Of a DNA stretch of 64,000 nucleotides, positions 1 through 9,303 are shown in pieces (position 1 is the stretch's first letter; each line of letters begins with the position of its first letter). This DNA comes from Candidatus Puniceispirillales bacterium (GTDB lineage Bacteria; Pseudomonadota; Alphaproteobacteria; Puniceispirillales; UBA1172): assembly GCA_965660595.1 (NCBI GenBank), contig CBFIAO010000001.1, positions 22,019 through 86,018 of the forward strand, written 5' to 3'. The notes under the pieces were generated by a model that had not been told where the DNA came from, did no database searches, and saw only the letters and a program-made list of their open reading frames with translations. A program made the position numbers and the translations under genes.

Positions 1-511
1 GCGGCACTTCCATACATGCCACCATATTACCGCCTTCATTGGCCCATGCATCGGTCATTTCGGCAAGGCATCCTTTTTGACCGTCTTTGGCGTGAATTAA
101 ATCATCAGCTAACAGGATCGCCACGGGTTCATCCCCGATCAAATGACGTGCACACCAAACAGCATGTCCCAGCCCCGCTGGTTCTTGCTGGCGCACATAG
201 GCAACGGAACCCGGTATATGCATCATCCCGCGTGCCAATTTTAACGCGTCATGCTTATCACGGCTTTCTAATGTCTGCTCTAATTCGATGGCATGGTCGA
301 AATGATCTTCAATTGCCGTCTTACCGCGGCTGGTCACAAAAATAAATTCTTCGATGCCTGCCTCTACCGCTTCTTCTACCGCATATTGGATTAAAGGCGT
401 ATCGACAACAGGCAGCATTTCTTTTGGCATTGACTTGGTCGCTGGCAAAAACCGTGTGCCCAATCCACCAACAGGGAAAATGGCTTTCTTAACTTTGGAA
501 GAGGACGACAT
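1..511 (-). CDS. galU: UTP--glucose-1-phosphate uridylyltransferase, N-terminal ~170 aa (gene runs off the left edge)
   Basis: Not in the ORF track (no stop inside the window). My reverse-complement translation from ATG 511-509 gives MSSSSKVKKAIFPVGGLGTRFLPATKSMPKEMLPVVDTPLIQYAVEEAVEAGIEEFIFVTSRGK..., which carries the GalU-type G-G-x-G-T-R-x-L-P-x-T-K signature. Track ORFs 16..345 and 354..539 are antisense to it. Confidence 0.85.
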   Translation of the reverse strand, partial: MSSSSKVKKAIFPVGGLGTRFLPATKSMPKEMLPVVDTPLIQYAVEEAVEAGIEEFIFVTSRGKTAIEDHFDHAIELEQTLESRDKHDALKLARGMMHIPGSVAYVRQQEPAGLGHAVWCARHLIGDEPVAILLADDLIHAKDGQKGCLAEMTDAWANEGGNMVACMEVP

Positions 512-656
512 CGCAATACCTTTGCATATAATATTCTGACTATATTAAGATGTTTATCAGAGACCAATTATGGTATATCGAAAACATTATTATAGTTAAA
601 GCAATTTTGCGGCATCAACACGTAATTAAGCTTCATGTGTGATCAGGAAAAATAAC

Positions 657-1235
657 ATGTCTGGACAACGTATACATGATCACCTTTTGGCGTCTGCTGC
701 GGTCAAAGAAAAGGCTGCTGCTGCTTGTGCAGAAATTGCGCATGTGGTTGCGGAACAAATTGCCCACTCGCTTAAAGCTGGCGGTAAACTGATGTTATGC
801 GGTAATGGCGGTTCTGCTGGGGATGCGCAACATATTGCCGCTGAATTTGTTGCAACGCTTGACCATCAACGCCCACGCCCCGGCCTTCGTGCATTGGCGT
901 TAACCACAGATTCGTCATTCATCACCGCATATAGCAATGATTTTGGTTTTGACGGAATTTATGCCCGCCAGGTTGAAACAATGGGTGATAAAGGTGATGT
1001 GCTGATCGGTATTTCCACCAGCGGCAATTCCAAAAATGTATGTGCTGCTATCTCCGCCGCTAAAGAAATGGGCATCACGACGGTTGCGTTAACGGGTGAA
1101 ACTGGCGGCGCCTTACGTGATCTTGCTGACCACATCATCATGGTGCCGGCGCAAGACACGCCGCTTATTCAGGAAACACATATTGCCCTTGGCCACGCCA
1201 TTACGGCTGATGTGGAAATCCTGCTTGGCTATTAA
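657..1235 (+). CDS. gmhA: D-sedoheptulose-7-phosphate isomerase (SIS domain)
   Basis: Motifs LCGNGGSAGDAQHIAAEF, GISTSGNS and QETHIALGH. The track ORF starts at GTG 639. ATG 657 preceded by AGGAAA (645-650) is the likelier start. Confidence 0.85.
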   Translation: MSGQRIHDHLLASAAVKEKAAAACAEIAHVVAEQIAHSLKAGGKLMLCGNGGSAGDAQHIAAEFVATLDHQRPRPGLRALALTTDSSFITAYSNDFGFDGIYARQVETMGDKGDVLIGISTSGNSKNVCAAISAAKEMGITTVALTGETGGALRDLADHIIMVPAQDTPLIQETHIALGHAITADVEILLGY

Positions 1236-1238
1236 GTT

Positions 1239-2246
1239 TTAATTATAAAATCGTTTATACCAATCAACGAACTGGGGCAGCCCATCTTCGATGCTGGTGC
1301 TTGGGGTAAAACCGGTTCTGGCGTTGAGCGCAGAAATATTTGCGGCTGTTTTAACCACGTCACCGGCTTGCATAGGCTGGTAATCACGGATCGCCTTCGT
1401 GCCAAGACTATCTTCAAGCACGGCAATAAAATGCTCTAATTCCGTTGGGGTATTGTTGCCAATATTATAAATACGCCATGGCGCAAGACTGCTGGCAGGA
1501 TCAGGGTTTTTCGGGTCCCAATCAGGGTTGCTTTCGGCAGGTTTATCCGTCAGCCCGATAATGCCATCGACGATATCATCGATATAGGTGAAATCACGCT
1601 GCATCTTACCGTGGTTAAAAATTGGAATAGGCTCACCTGCCAATATTTTGCGGGTGAAACTAAAATACGCCATATCAGGACGTCCCCACGGGCCATAGAC
1701 AGTGAAAAACCGCAACCCCGTGGTTGGCAATCCATAAAGATGTGCATAAGAATGCGCCAGCGCTTCATTTGCTTTTTTGGTGGCGGCATAAAGGCTGACA
1801 GGGTGGTCAACCGTGTCATCTTCACTAAATGGATACGTGTGGTTTGCCCCATAAACAGAAGATGAAGATGCGTAAATCAAATGGCTAACATCATGATGAC
1901 GGCATCCTTCCAACACATTCATAAACCCTGCAAGGTTGCTGTCCAAATATGCCATTGGATTGTCGATCGAGTACCGCACGCCAGCTTGCGCCGCAAGGTT
2001 GATCACCACATCAGGTTGTGCTGTCTTAAAAATATCCATGGTGGCATCATGGTCTTTAAGGTCAGCCACATGAACGGTAATGCCAGCATCAATAAGCGTT
2101 TGATATCGTGCTTCTTTCAACCGCGGGTCATAATAATCATTAAGATTATCAATGCCGCTGACATGATGCCCTGCCGCCGCTAATTTTTGGGCGGTGTGAA
2201 AGCCGATAAATCCAGAAATACCAGTGATTAAGAAGCGCTGTGTCAT
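1239..2246 (-). CDS. NAD-dependent nucleotide-sugar epimerase, best fit UDP-glucuronate 4-epimerase
   Basis: ITGISGFIGFH Rossmann motif, SSSSVYG plus YAATK (S/YxxxK triad), and DNLNDYYD typical of UDP-GlcA 4-epimerases. Divergent from ugd. The track start is TTG 2264; ATG 2246 (MTQRFLITG) is preferred. Confidence 0.75.
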   Translation of the reverse strand: MTQRFLITGISGFIGFHTAQKLAAAGHHVSGIDNLNDYYDPRLKEARYQTLIDAGITVHVADLKDHDATMDIFKTAQPDVVINLAAQAGVRYSIDNPMAYLDSNLAGFMNVLEGCRHHDVSHLIYASSSSVYGANHTYPFSEDDTVDHPVSLYAATKKANEALAHSYAHLYGLPTTGLRFFTVYGPWGRPDMAYFSFTRKILAGEPIPIFNHGKMQRDFTYIDDIVDGIIGLTDKPAESNPDWDPKNPDPASSLAPWRIYNIGNNTPTELEHFIAVLEDSLGTKAIRDYQPMQAGDVVKTAANISALNARTGFTPSTSIEDGLPQFVDWYKRFYN

Positions 2247-2403
2247 GCCATTTCTATATCGCAAAGGACGCTGAGATTAAAGGCCTTTTCATGCAAAGTG
2301 ACTTTTTATAATGATTTACGTATTACGTGGAAATTTCAACAAATCTGTCATATAGATAAGCTATAATTAAGCTGTGCGTAATTTTGAAGCGTGGAATGGT
2401 AGA

Positions 2404-3717
2404 ATGAACATCACAGTTATCGGATCAGGTTATGTTGGTCTTGTGTCAGGGGCATGTTTTTCCGAATTTGGGTTCAACGTAACATGTGTTGATAAAGATG
2501 CCGGAAAAATCGACCGTCTTGAAAATGGTGAGATTCCGATATACGAACCTGGGCTTGATGACTTGGTGGCCCGGAATGTTGCCGCCGGACGTCTTACCTT
2601 CGCAACAGACCTTGCCGCCCCCGTTGCCGCCGCGGATGCTGTCTTTATTGCTGTCGGCACCCCAACCCGCCGCGGTGATGGTCACGCTGATCTATCTTAT
2701 GTCTATGCTGCCAGTGAAGAAGTGGCCCAACATCTATCGGGCTACACCGTAATTGTCACCAAGTCCACCGTTCCTGTTGGCACGGGCCGTGAAGTTGAAG
2801 CTATCGTCAAAAAGGCCAACCCTAATGCGGCATTTGATGTGGCGTCTAACCCTGAATTTTTGCGTGAAGGTTCTGCCATTAATGACTTTATGCGTCCTGA
2901 CCGTGTGGTGGTGGGGACAGAAAGCCCCCAAGCGCGTGATGTGATGGGGGCGTTATATCGTCCTCTTAACTTGCGTGAAACGCCTATTTTGTTCACCACT
3001 CTTGAAACGTCTGAATTGATTAAATATGCCGCTAACGCGTTTCTTGCGGTAAAAATTTCATACATTAATCAGATGGCTGATTTATGCGAAGCCTTGGGCG
3101 CAAATGTTCATGATGTGGCAAAAGGCATGGGACTTGATGGCCGCATTGGCCCAAAATTTTTGCACCCCGGCCCCGGTTATGGCGGCTCATGCTTTCCAAA
3201 AGATACGCTTGCGCTGGTGAAAACCGCCGAAGATGCAGGCCATCCCGTGTCTATTGTTGAAGACGTGGTGCGTTATAATGCTGACCGCAAAATCGCCATG
3301 GCTGACCGTATTATTGATGCTGCGGGCGGTGATGTCGCGGGTAAGACTATTGCTATTCTTGGCCTTGCGTTCAAACCAGAAACAGATGATATGCGTGACA
3401 GCCCTGCCTTGGATATTCTGCCGCGTTTGGTGGCGGCAGGTGCTATCGTCAAGGCGTATGATCCGGCGGCAATACAGCAGGCCAAACCGCTGTTGCCTGA
3501 TGCGGTGCAGTACCAAGACAATGCACAAGACTGCCTTGCCGGCGCGGATGTTATGGCCGTTATTACAGAATGGAATGAATTCCGCGCCCTTACCCCGCAG
3601 GTGATCGGTGACTTGATGGCAGGAAAGGCAATTGTTGATCTGCGCAATATCTTTGACCCAGTTGCAGTTCTTGCTGCTGGTTTTGATTACCGCAATATTG
3701 GCCGCGCTGGCATGTAG
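2404..3717 (+). CDS. ugd: UDP-glucose 6-dehydrogenase
   Basis: MNITVIGSGYVGLVSG N-terminal Rossmann fold and GGSCFPKD catalytic-Cys motif. The track ORF starts at GTG 2374; ATG 2404 is preferred. Confidence 0.9.
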   Translation: MNITVIGSGYVGLVSGACFSEFGFNVTCVDKDAGKIDRLENGEIPIYEPGLDDLVARNVAAGRLTFATDLAAPVAAADAVFIAVGTPTRRGDGHADLSYVYAASEEVAQHLSGYTVIVTKSTVPVGTGREVEAIVKKANPNAAFDVASNPEFLREGSAINDFMRPDRVVVGTESPQARDVMGALYRPLNLRETPILFTTLETSELIKYAANAFLAVKISYINQMADLCEALGANVHDVAKGMGLDGRIGPKFLHPGPGYGGSCFPKDTLALVKTAEDAGHPVSIVEDVVRYNADRKIAMADRIIDAAGGDVAGKTIAILGLAFKPETDDMRDSPALDILPRLVAAGAIVKAYDPAAIQQAKPLLPDAVQYQDNAQDCLAGADVMAVITEWNEFRALTPQVIGDLMAGKAIVDLRNIFDPVAVLAAGFDYRNIGRAGM

Positions 3718-3803
3718 TCACTGCCTTCAGGCATTGATGCTTGGCTTAATGAAGTTAATTTCAAACAAAAAAAATGCCAGCACTAAGCCAGCAATTTTTT
3801 AAT

Positions 3804-3878
3804 TGGAGCGGGTGAAGAGATTCGAACTCTCGACCCTAACCTTGGCAAGGTTATGCTCTACCCCTGAGCTACACCCGC
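3804..3878 (-). tRNA. tRNA-Gly (anticodon GCC), CCA encoded
   Basis: The reverse complement reads GCGGGTG-TA-GCTC-AGGGGTA-GAGC-A-TAACC-TTGCCAA-GGTTA-GGGTC-GAGAG-TTCGAAT-CTCTT-CACCCGC-T-CCA. This is a full cloverleaf with a 7-bp acceptor stem, a GTTCGAAT T-loop and GCC in the anticodon loop. Confidence 0.93.
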
Positions 3879-3892
3879 ATCCGTGGGGCTTA

Positions 3893-3920
3893 GTTATATT
3901 CATCTGCTCACGGGATGCAA
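3893..3920 (-). promoter_or_regulatory. sigma70-like promoter for tRNA-Gly (TTGCAT - 16 nt - TATAAC)
   Basis: On the minus strand: ttgcat cccgtgagcagatgaa tataac. The -10 element ends about 14 nt upstream of the mature tRNA 5' end. Confidence 0.35.
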
Positions 3921-4007
3921 GCATAAAATTGCATGATATGACCAGAAATGCATATCCCTTGCGGTGCTTAGCCTTGATCACTCGTAACGCCGCCGCATCC
4001 CTACTGC

Positions 4008-5147
4008 TTACACCGCGTCTTTCACCGCCGCGATAACGCGATCTTGCGTGGCGTTGTCCAGATATGGATGCATTGGTAACGCTACCACACGGGTGCAACA
4101 ATCTTCGGTCACGGGCAGACCGCCCGTTGCCACTGGATAATGCACATATGGCGCCTGTTCATGCATGCCCTTCGGGTAATAAATGGCGGTTGGCACACCG
4201 TTATCTTTAAGCGCCGCTTGGAACGCTGCACGATCAGTGCCGTATGGTAATTTCACCACATATTGGGCCCAGCTCGACGTGACGCCATCATCCAGTTTTT
4301 GCACCTCAACCACGCCATCAAGTGCGTGATGATAATAGGCCGCTGCCGCCTGGCGCAGGTCCAATTCTTCGTCAAAGATTTTTAATTTTTCAATCAACAC
4401 GGCGGCCTGCATCGAATCAAGTCGTGCGGTCATTCCGATACGGTCATGGCTATACCGTTCACGCCCCATGCCATGGATTCGTGCTGATGTCATAATCTCG
4501 GCAAATTCGGCATTCTCGGTAAAGACTGCGCCGCCATCACCATAACACCCCAGCGGCTTGGCCGGGAAGAAACTGGTGGCGGTAATCTGACCCAAATGCC
4601 CAACCTTCTTACCATGCCATGATGCACCATAAGACTGCGCGGCATCATCCAATAGCCACATGCCATGCGCATCCGCAAAGGCACGAATTTGGTCATAATC
4701 AGCTGGCTGACCAAACAGGCCAACACTGATAATCCCAACACAGTCGAACCCAGCCTTATCAGCGGCGTCTTTGGCAGCAGCAAGGCCGTTTGGATCAAGG
4801 TTAAATGTTGCAGGGTCAATATCGGCAAAAATTGGAACAGCCCCTAAACATGGCAACACTTCGGCTGATGCGGCAAAGGTAAAGCTAGGGACGATCACCG
4901 CTTGCCGCGGCTTAAGTCCATAGGCCATCAGCGCCAGCATCAATGCATCCGTGCCGCTGGAACAAGAAATCACATGGGTATTTGCGCTAAACCTGGCCAA
5001 ATCATCTTCTAAAGCGCGAACTTCTGGCCCCATAATATATTGGCCATGGTCCAAAATCTTTGCCAAGGCGGCATCAATTTCAGGACGGATGCGTGCCTGT
5101 TGTGCGGCAAGGTCAATGAAGGGAATATTACTTATGTCAGTGGTCAT
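4008..5147 (-). CDS. DegT/DnrJ/EryC1/StrS-family PLP-dependent sugar aminotransferase (WbpE-like)
   Basis: FIDLAAQQ...GQYIMGPEV, SSGTDAL, DDAAQS and SFFPAKPLGCYGDGG (PLP-lysine region). Its start overlaps the stop of the upstream oxidoreductase by 4 nt. Confidence 0.85.
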   Translation of the reverse strand: MTTDISNIPFIDLAAQQARIRPEIDAALAKILDHGQYIMGPEVRALEDDLARFSANTHVISCSSGTDALMLALMAYGLKPRQAVIVPSFTFAASAEVLPCLGAVPIFADIDPATFNLDPNGLAAAKDAADKAGFDCVGIISVGLFGQPADYDQIRAFADAHGMWLLDDAAQSYGASWHGKKVGHLGQITATSFFPAKPLGCYGDGGAVFTENAEFAEIMTSARIHGMGRERYSHDRIGMTARLDSMQAAVLIEKLKIFDEELDLRQAAAAYYHHALDGVVEVQKLDDGVTSSWAQYVVKLPYGTDRAAFQAALKDNGVPTAIYYPKGMHEQAPYVHYPVATGGLPVTEDCCTRVVALPMHPYLDNATQDRVIAAVKDAV

Positions 5148-6124
5148 GATGAACTCCGCATTACATCATCCTGCATTTGCGCCATGATGTGTTGCACGTA
5201 AAGCGCTTCTTTAATATCGGTTAATGGTGGTGTATCTGCGCAAGCATTATCGATGAAATTACGCATTTCTTCTTTCAGCGGCTCTGATGCATCTAATGGA
5301 ATGGCGGTACCGTCATCACGGTCAAGGTCGATCTGACCTGCAGCCTTAACAACATTAAATTTGAACACGCGCAATTTTTCATCCCAACCGCGCGTGTCGT
5401 CAAACACCATTGCACCGCGATCACCAATAACCGTCAGGTTATGGATCTTAACAGGGTTAAGCCAATTCGCTTGAATGCTGGCGGTGATGCCAGATGGAAA
5501 ATTCAATTGCGCCGTGACGCTATCTTCAACGCCTTGACTGATATGACTAAAGCCATGACATTGCACACGTGATGGCATTTCTTGTTGTGTTAGTGCGGCC
5601 ACAAGCGCCAAATCATGTGGGCAAAGATCAAATAACGCAGATTCGCTATCACGAATACGCCCAGGGGCGATACGGCTTGCTCTGATATGCAATATCTTAC
5701 CGATATCACCATCTTCAACACGCCGCAGTAATTCTTGGAAAGCGGCATGGTGGCGTATCAAGTGACCCACCATCACTTGCTTGTTATTTCGGGTGGCAGC
5801 GGCGGCAATTTTTTCACCATCTGCTACCGTTAACGCCAGCGGCTTTTCGATATAAACAGCCTTACCCGCATCAAGTGCCTGTACGGCTAACATGGCATGG
5901 GTGGGGGCAGATGTGACAATCGCCACCCCTTTGATGGCATCGTCATGCAACATATCGTCAAAAGACATCACGGCGGCGCCAAATTCGTCACCAAAAGATC
6001 GTGCTGCATCTATATTCATATCATGCACCGCATAAAGCGCATCTAACGCGGACAAATTGCGGGCAATATTCTTACCCCAGAGTCCACAGCCCACAAGGGC
6101 AATTTGTGGCGGTTGTGCAGCCAT
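5144..6124 (-). CDS. Gfo/Idh/MocA-family NAD-dependent sugar oxidoreductase (WbpB-like)
   Basis: N-terminal Rossmann motif IALVGCGLWGKNIARN and a YIEKPLA motif. Translationally coupled to the WbpE-like aminotransferase. Confidence 0.75.
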   Translation of the reverse strand: MAAQPPQIALVGCGLWGKNIARNLSALDALYAVHDMNIDAARSFGDEFGAAVMSFDDMLHDDAIKGVAIVTSAPTHAMLAVQALDAGKAVYIEKPLALTVADGEKIAAAATRNNKQVMVGHLIRHHAAFQELLRRVEDGDIGKILHIRASRIAPGRIRDSESALFDLCPHDLALVAALTQQEMPSRVQCHGFSHISQGVEDSVTAQLNFPSGITASIQANWLNPVKIHNLTVIGDRGAMVFDDTRGWDEKLRVFKFNVVKAAGQIDLDRDDGTAIPLDASEPLKEEMRNFIDNACADTPPLTDIKEALYVQHIMAQMQDDVMRSSS

Positions 6125-6398
6125 ATTTATGATGTCCTTCTGTGATGATTCTAATAACGGTGATCATCTAACAAGGGTTGTACGGATCAGCTTATAGGCC
6201 GTCAATCGTTACCTTTTGTAACTTTTTGTGACCATAAATTCATCACCATCCAAAGGATCCAACACCAACGTAGTTTTGTACAAAATTATTATTGCGACAT
6301 CCCGCCACACAACAGATGGGATGTATTTTGCTAGGTTTATTTTAGAAATTTTGAACACCGAATACCACAAACAAAAAAACTAACTTGTTATTTGGGCT

Positions 6399-6944
6399 AT
6401 GTCAGATCATCTCGCGTCAACGGAAGTTGATGCATCCTCAACATTTGAAGACAGTTTACCAACATCATCAATCAGCATGATGGCGGAGCTCGACGCGTCG
6501 GGGTTTGCATATACATGCCATGAACACCCACCACTGCGCACGGTTGAAGATTCGCAGAAATTGCGTGGTGAAATGCCTGGCGCTCATATCAAAAACCTTT
6601 ATTTGCGTGATCGTAAGAAAAACAACTACCTTGTCGTTGCTGAAGAAAATAAAGACATTGACCTTAAATCATTGGGTGAGGCTATTGGCGCGGGCCGTTT
6701 GTCTTTTGGCAGTGCAGACCGCCTGATGCAGTTTTTAGGTGTTCGCCCGGGCGCGGTATCTCCGTTGACCTTATTCAACGATAAAGATCAACAGGTGCAG
6801 TTGGTCATGGATCAGGGCCTTTATGATCATGATGTCATTAATGTACATCCGCTTGTTAATGACAAAACAATCACCATGAATATTGCTGACTTAGACACAT
6901 TCCTGACGAAAACAGGTCATTTATCTAAAAGGATAATGATCTGA
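6399..6944 (+). CDS. YbaK/ProX-type prolyl-tRNA-synthetase-associated (aminoacyl-tRNA trans-editing) domain protein
   Basis: HIKNLYLRDRKKNNYLVV, SFGSADRLMQFLGVRPGAVSPL and VNVHPL are typical of the ProX/YbaK fold. The first ~26 aa are low-complexity, so an alternative start at MMAELD (6474) is possible. Confidence 0.7.
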   Translation: MSDHLASTEVDASSTFEDSLPTSSISMMAELDASGFAYTCHEHPPLRTVEDSQKLRGEMPGAHIKNLYLRDRKKNNYLVVAEENKDIDLKSLGEAIGAGRLSFGSADRLMQFLGVRPGAVSPLTLFNDKDQQVQLVMDQGLYDHDVINVHPLVNDKTITMNIADLDTFLTKTGHLSKRIMI

Positions 6945-7095
6945 TGTTTTTGTTTGGGGGATTCAAAATAAAAAGTATCAATGACTTGTTTGTGGCGGCA
7001 AAAAGTCCAATTTCAAATCTAAGTCTAATTGAATTTGTTTATTTTAAAGCAACCGTCTTTGGCAATAACGCCGCAGATAACCCAGAAGTTGTGCA

Positions 7096-8013
7096 ATGAC
7101 CTTAATAGAACAAATGATAGATTCAGCTGATGACAATGCGTTCATTATGGACGTTACCACGGCCAGTTTTGTGCAAGATGTTGTTGAAGCATCAAAGCAG
7201 CAGCCAGTCATTGTTGACTTTTGGGCACCGTGGTGTGGTCCATGCAAATCGCTCATGCCGATCCTCGAACAGGTGGTGACGGATGCTGGTGGTGCGGTAA
7301 GATTATGTAAAGTGAATATTGATGAAAACCAGGCGGTCGCGGCACAATTACGGGTGCAATCTGTGCCGACGGTATATGCATTCCTGGATGGTCAGCCGGT
7401 TGATGGTTTTACAGGCGCTCAGCAAGAATCAGAAATTCGTGCGTTTGTTGATAAATTAATCGCCGCGGCAGGTGGCGCCAATCTTGGCCTTGGTCAGATA
7501 CTGGACATGGCTGAAGAAGCCATCGGCCTTAAAAACTATCCTGAAGCAGGCGCTTTGTTCAGCGAAGCCTTGCAGGCACATCCTGAATCAGATGTTGCTA
7601 TGGCTGGTCTGATTCGTTGCCTTACTGGCACAGGTGAATATGCTGATGCGCGTGCGATGGTTGATGCCATGACCGACGAAATGCAAGCATCAGAAGCCGT
7701 GAAAAAAGCTGTTCAGGCGTTGAATGTTGCAGAATATGCATCAGAATCTGCAGGGCAAATTGCAGAATTTGAAGCTGCCCTTGCCGCCAACCCCGAAGAC
7801 CAAGAGGCAAAGTTTAACCTTGCGGTGGCAACATTTGGAATGGGTAATAATGAAGCTGCCATTTCAATGTTGCTTGAAATGATTAAGACCGACCGTTCAT
7901 GGAATGATGATGCGGCACGCCTTAAGTTGCTCGAAATTTTTGAAGCACTTGGCCCTGCTGCACCGGAAGTCATGTCTGGCCGTCGCCAATTATCGTCAAT
8001 CTTATTTGCGTAG
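7096..8013 (+). CDS. Thioredoxin-domain protein with TPR-like C-terminal half (YbbN/CnoX architecture, CxxC retained)
   Basis: VIVDFWAPWCGPCK active site, followed by ~190 aa of Ala-rich helical repeats (ALQAHPESDVAMAGLIRCL..., ALAANPEDQEAKFNLAVA...). Confidence 0.8.
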   Translation: MTLIEQMIDSADDNAFIMDVTTASFVQDVVEASKQQPVIVDFWAPWCGPCKSLMPILEQVVTDAGGAVRLCKVNIDENQAVAAQLRVQSVPTVYAFLDGQPVDGFTGAQQESEIRAFVDKLIAAAGGANLGLGQILDMAEEAIGLKNYPEAGALFSEALQAHPESDVAMAGLIRCLTGTGEYADARAMVDAMTDEMQASEAVKKAVQALNVAEYASESAGQIAEFEAALAANPEDQEAKFNLAVATFGMGNNEAAISMLLEMIKTDRSWNDDAARLKLLEIFEALGPAAPEVMSGRRQLSSILFA

Positions 8014-8031
8014 TAGAAAGGAGAAGTGTCA

Positions 8032-8709
8032 ATGAAACGGAGTGCCCTTGAACCTGATCTAAATGATCTGCCAAGGACAATACCTATTTTTCCGTTGAAC
8101 GGAGCACTACTGCTGCCTGGTGGTCGGTTGCCGCTCAATATTTTTGAGCCGCGTTACCTCACCATGATTTCTGACGCCCTAACTTCTTCTCATCGCTTAA
8201 TCGGCATGATTCAAACTAATGATGTCGACACCCAAGATGGCTTACCGCCAATGATTTATACAACAGGTTGTGTTGGCAAAATCTCTAGTTTTGAAGAAAC
8301 GCCAGATGGCCGATACTTGATCTCACTCGATGGGGTGGTGCGCTTTAATGTCGAACAAGAAATTGACATGAAGGATGACTACCGCCGCGTGTTAGCCAAT
8401 TATGACCGTTACAAGCATGACCTTGAAATGAGCAGCCCTGACGTAAACCGTGATCAGCTGCTCTCTGCGCTGAAAAAATATTTTGACCAAAAAGGTTTCA
8501 CTGCAGATTGGGACGCGATCCGCGCCTGTGATAGTGAAAAGCTGGTCACCACTTTATCGATGATTTGTCCTTTTGGCGTTCAGGATAAACAAGCCCTGCT
8601 CGAAGCTGACACTATCTCAACCCGTGCCTTAACCTTGACGGCGTTGTTGGAAATGGCTAATTCCGAGCTAGTATTCGCATCATCGGACCGCCAAGATGTC
8701 AGGCACTAA
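8032..8709 (+). CDS. Stand-alone LON N-terminal (substrate-binding) domain protein
   Basis: [26 protein letters not shown] is the hallmark LON-N motif. No AAA+ or protease module is present. The track start is GTG 8026; ATG 8032 lies 8 nt after GGAG (8020-8023). Confidence 0.8.
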   Translation: MKRSALEPDLNDLPRTIPIFPLNGALLLPGGRLPLNIFEPRYLTMISDALTSSHRLIGMIQTNDVDTQDGLPPMIYTTGCVGKISSFEETPDGRYLISLDGVVRFNVEQEIDMKDDYRRVLANYDRYKHDLEMSSPDVNRDQLLSALKKYFDQKGFTADWDAIRACDSEKLVTTLSMICPFGVQDKQALLEADTISTRALTLTALLEMANSELVFASSDRQDVRH

Positions 8710-8893
8710 TCATTCATTCGCCCAACTTGACCCGGCACTAGTAGACCTATTGGTGTGTCCGGTTACCCGTGGCCCTCTTCACTATGACGCAGCCAGCCAT
8801 CAATTGGTCAGCCCGCAAGCTGGGCTTGCTTTTCCAATTCGTGATGGTGTCCCGGTCTTGCTCGAAGATCATGCGACAGCAATTGATGCGTGA
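8696..8893 (+). CDS. Trm112/UPF0434 (YcaR-like) small protein
   Basis: 65 aa with [11 protein letters not shown] ... [15 protein letters not shown]. Its start overlaps the LON-N gene by 14 nt. Confidence 0.8.
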   Translation: MSGTNHSFAQLDPALVDLLVCPVTRGPLHYDAASHQLVSPQAGLAFPIRDGVPVLLEDHATAIDA

Positions 8894-8914
8894 TTTTCCT
8901 AACTATATTTTATA

Positions 8915-9286
8915 ATGAACGATACTTACCAAGATAAAACCTGGCCAACAAATATCAGCCTCTCACCTAATAAAGCTATCCTGACGGTGGAATTTGATGA
9001 CGGTGAAACCTTTGCGCTTGATGCTGAATTATTGCGGGTAGAATCGCCCTCTGCTGAAGTCCAAGGCCATGGTGCTGATCAAAAAACTACACCAGCGGGT
9101 AAACGTCATGTCACCATCAGGGCGATAGAACCGGTGGGGCATTATGCGGTGCGTATTGCGTTTAGTGACGGCCATGACACGGGCTTATTTACTTGGAAAA
9201 CACTTTATGATTATGGCCGTGATAAAGAAAAAATGATGGCAGATTATCTGGCGCGTCTTGCCGCTGATGGGCTTGATCGCGGCTAA
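8915..9286 (+). CDS. DUF971 (gamma-butyrobetaine-hydroxylase N-terminal-like) protein
   Basis: LTVEFDDGETFALDAELLRVESPSAEV ... GHYAVRIAFSDGHDTGLFTWKTLYDYG matches the DUF971 pattern. Confidence 0.75.
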   Translation: MNDTYQDKTWPTNISLSPNKAILTVEFDDGETFALDAELLRVESPSAEVQGHGADQKTTPAGKRHVTIRAIEPVGHYAVRIAFSDGHDTGLFTWKTLYDYGRDKEKMMADYLARLAADGLDRG

Positions 9287-9303
9287 AATGTGGTGGGTGT
9301 TCT

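Noticed and set aside
16-539. Plus-strand ORFs of 109 and 61 aa at the left edge
   Set aside because: They are antisense to a clear GalU reading frame on the minus strand and have no recognisable motifs.
3718-4007. tRNA-Gly as an integration site of a genomic island
   Set aside because: There is no adjacent integrase, and I saw no direct repeat of the tRNA 3' end in the window. Both flanks carry ordinary envelope sugar genes. It cannot be fully excluded without comparative genomics.
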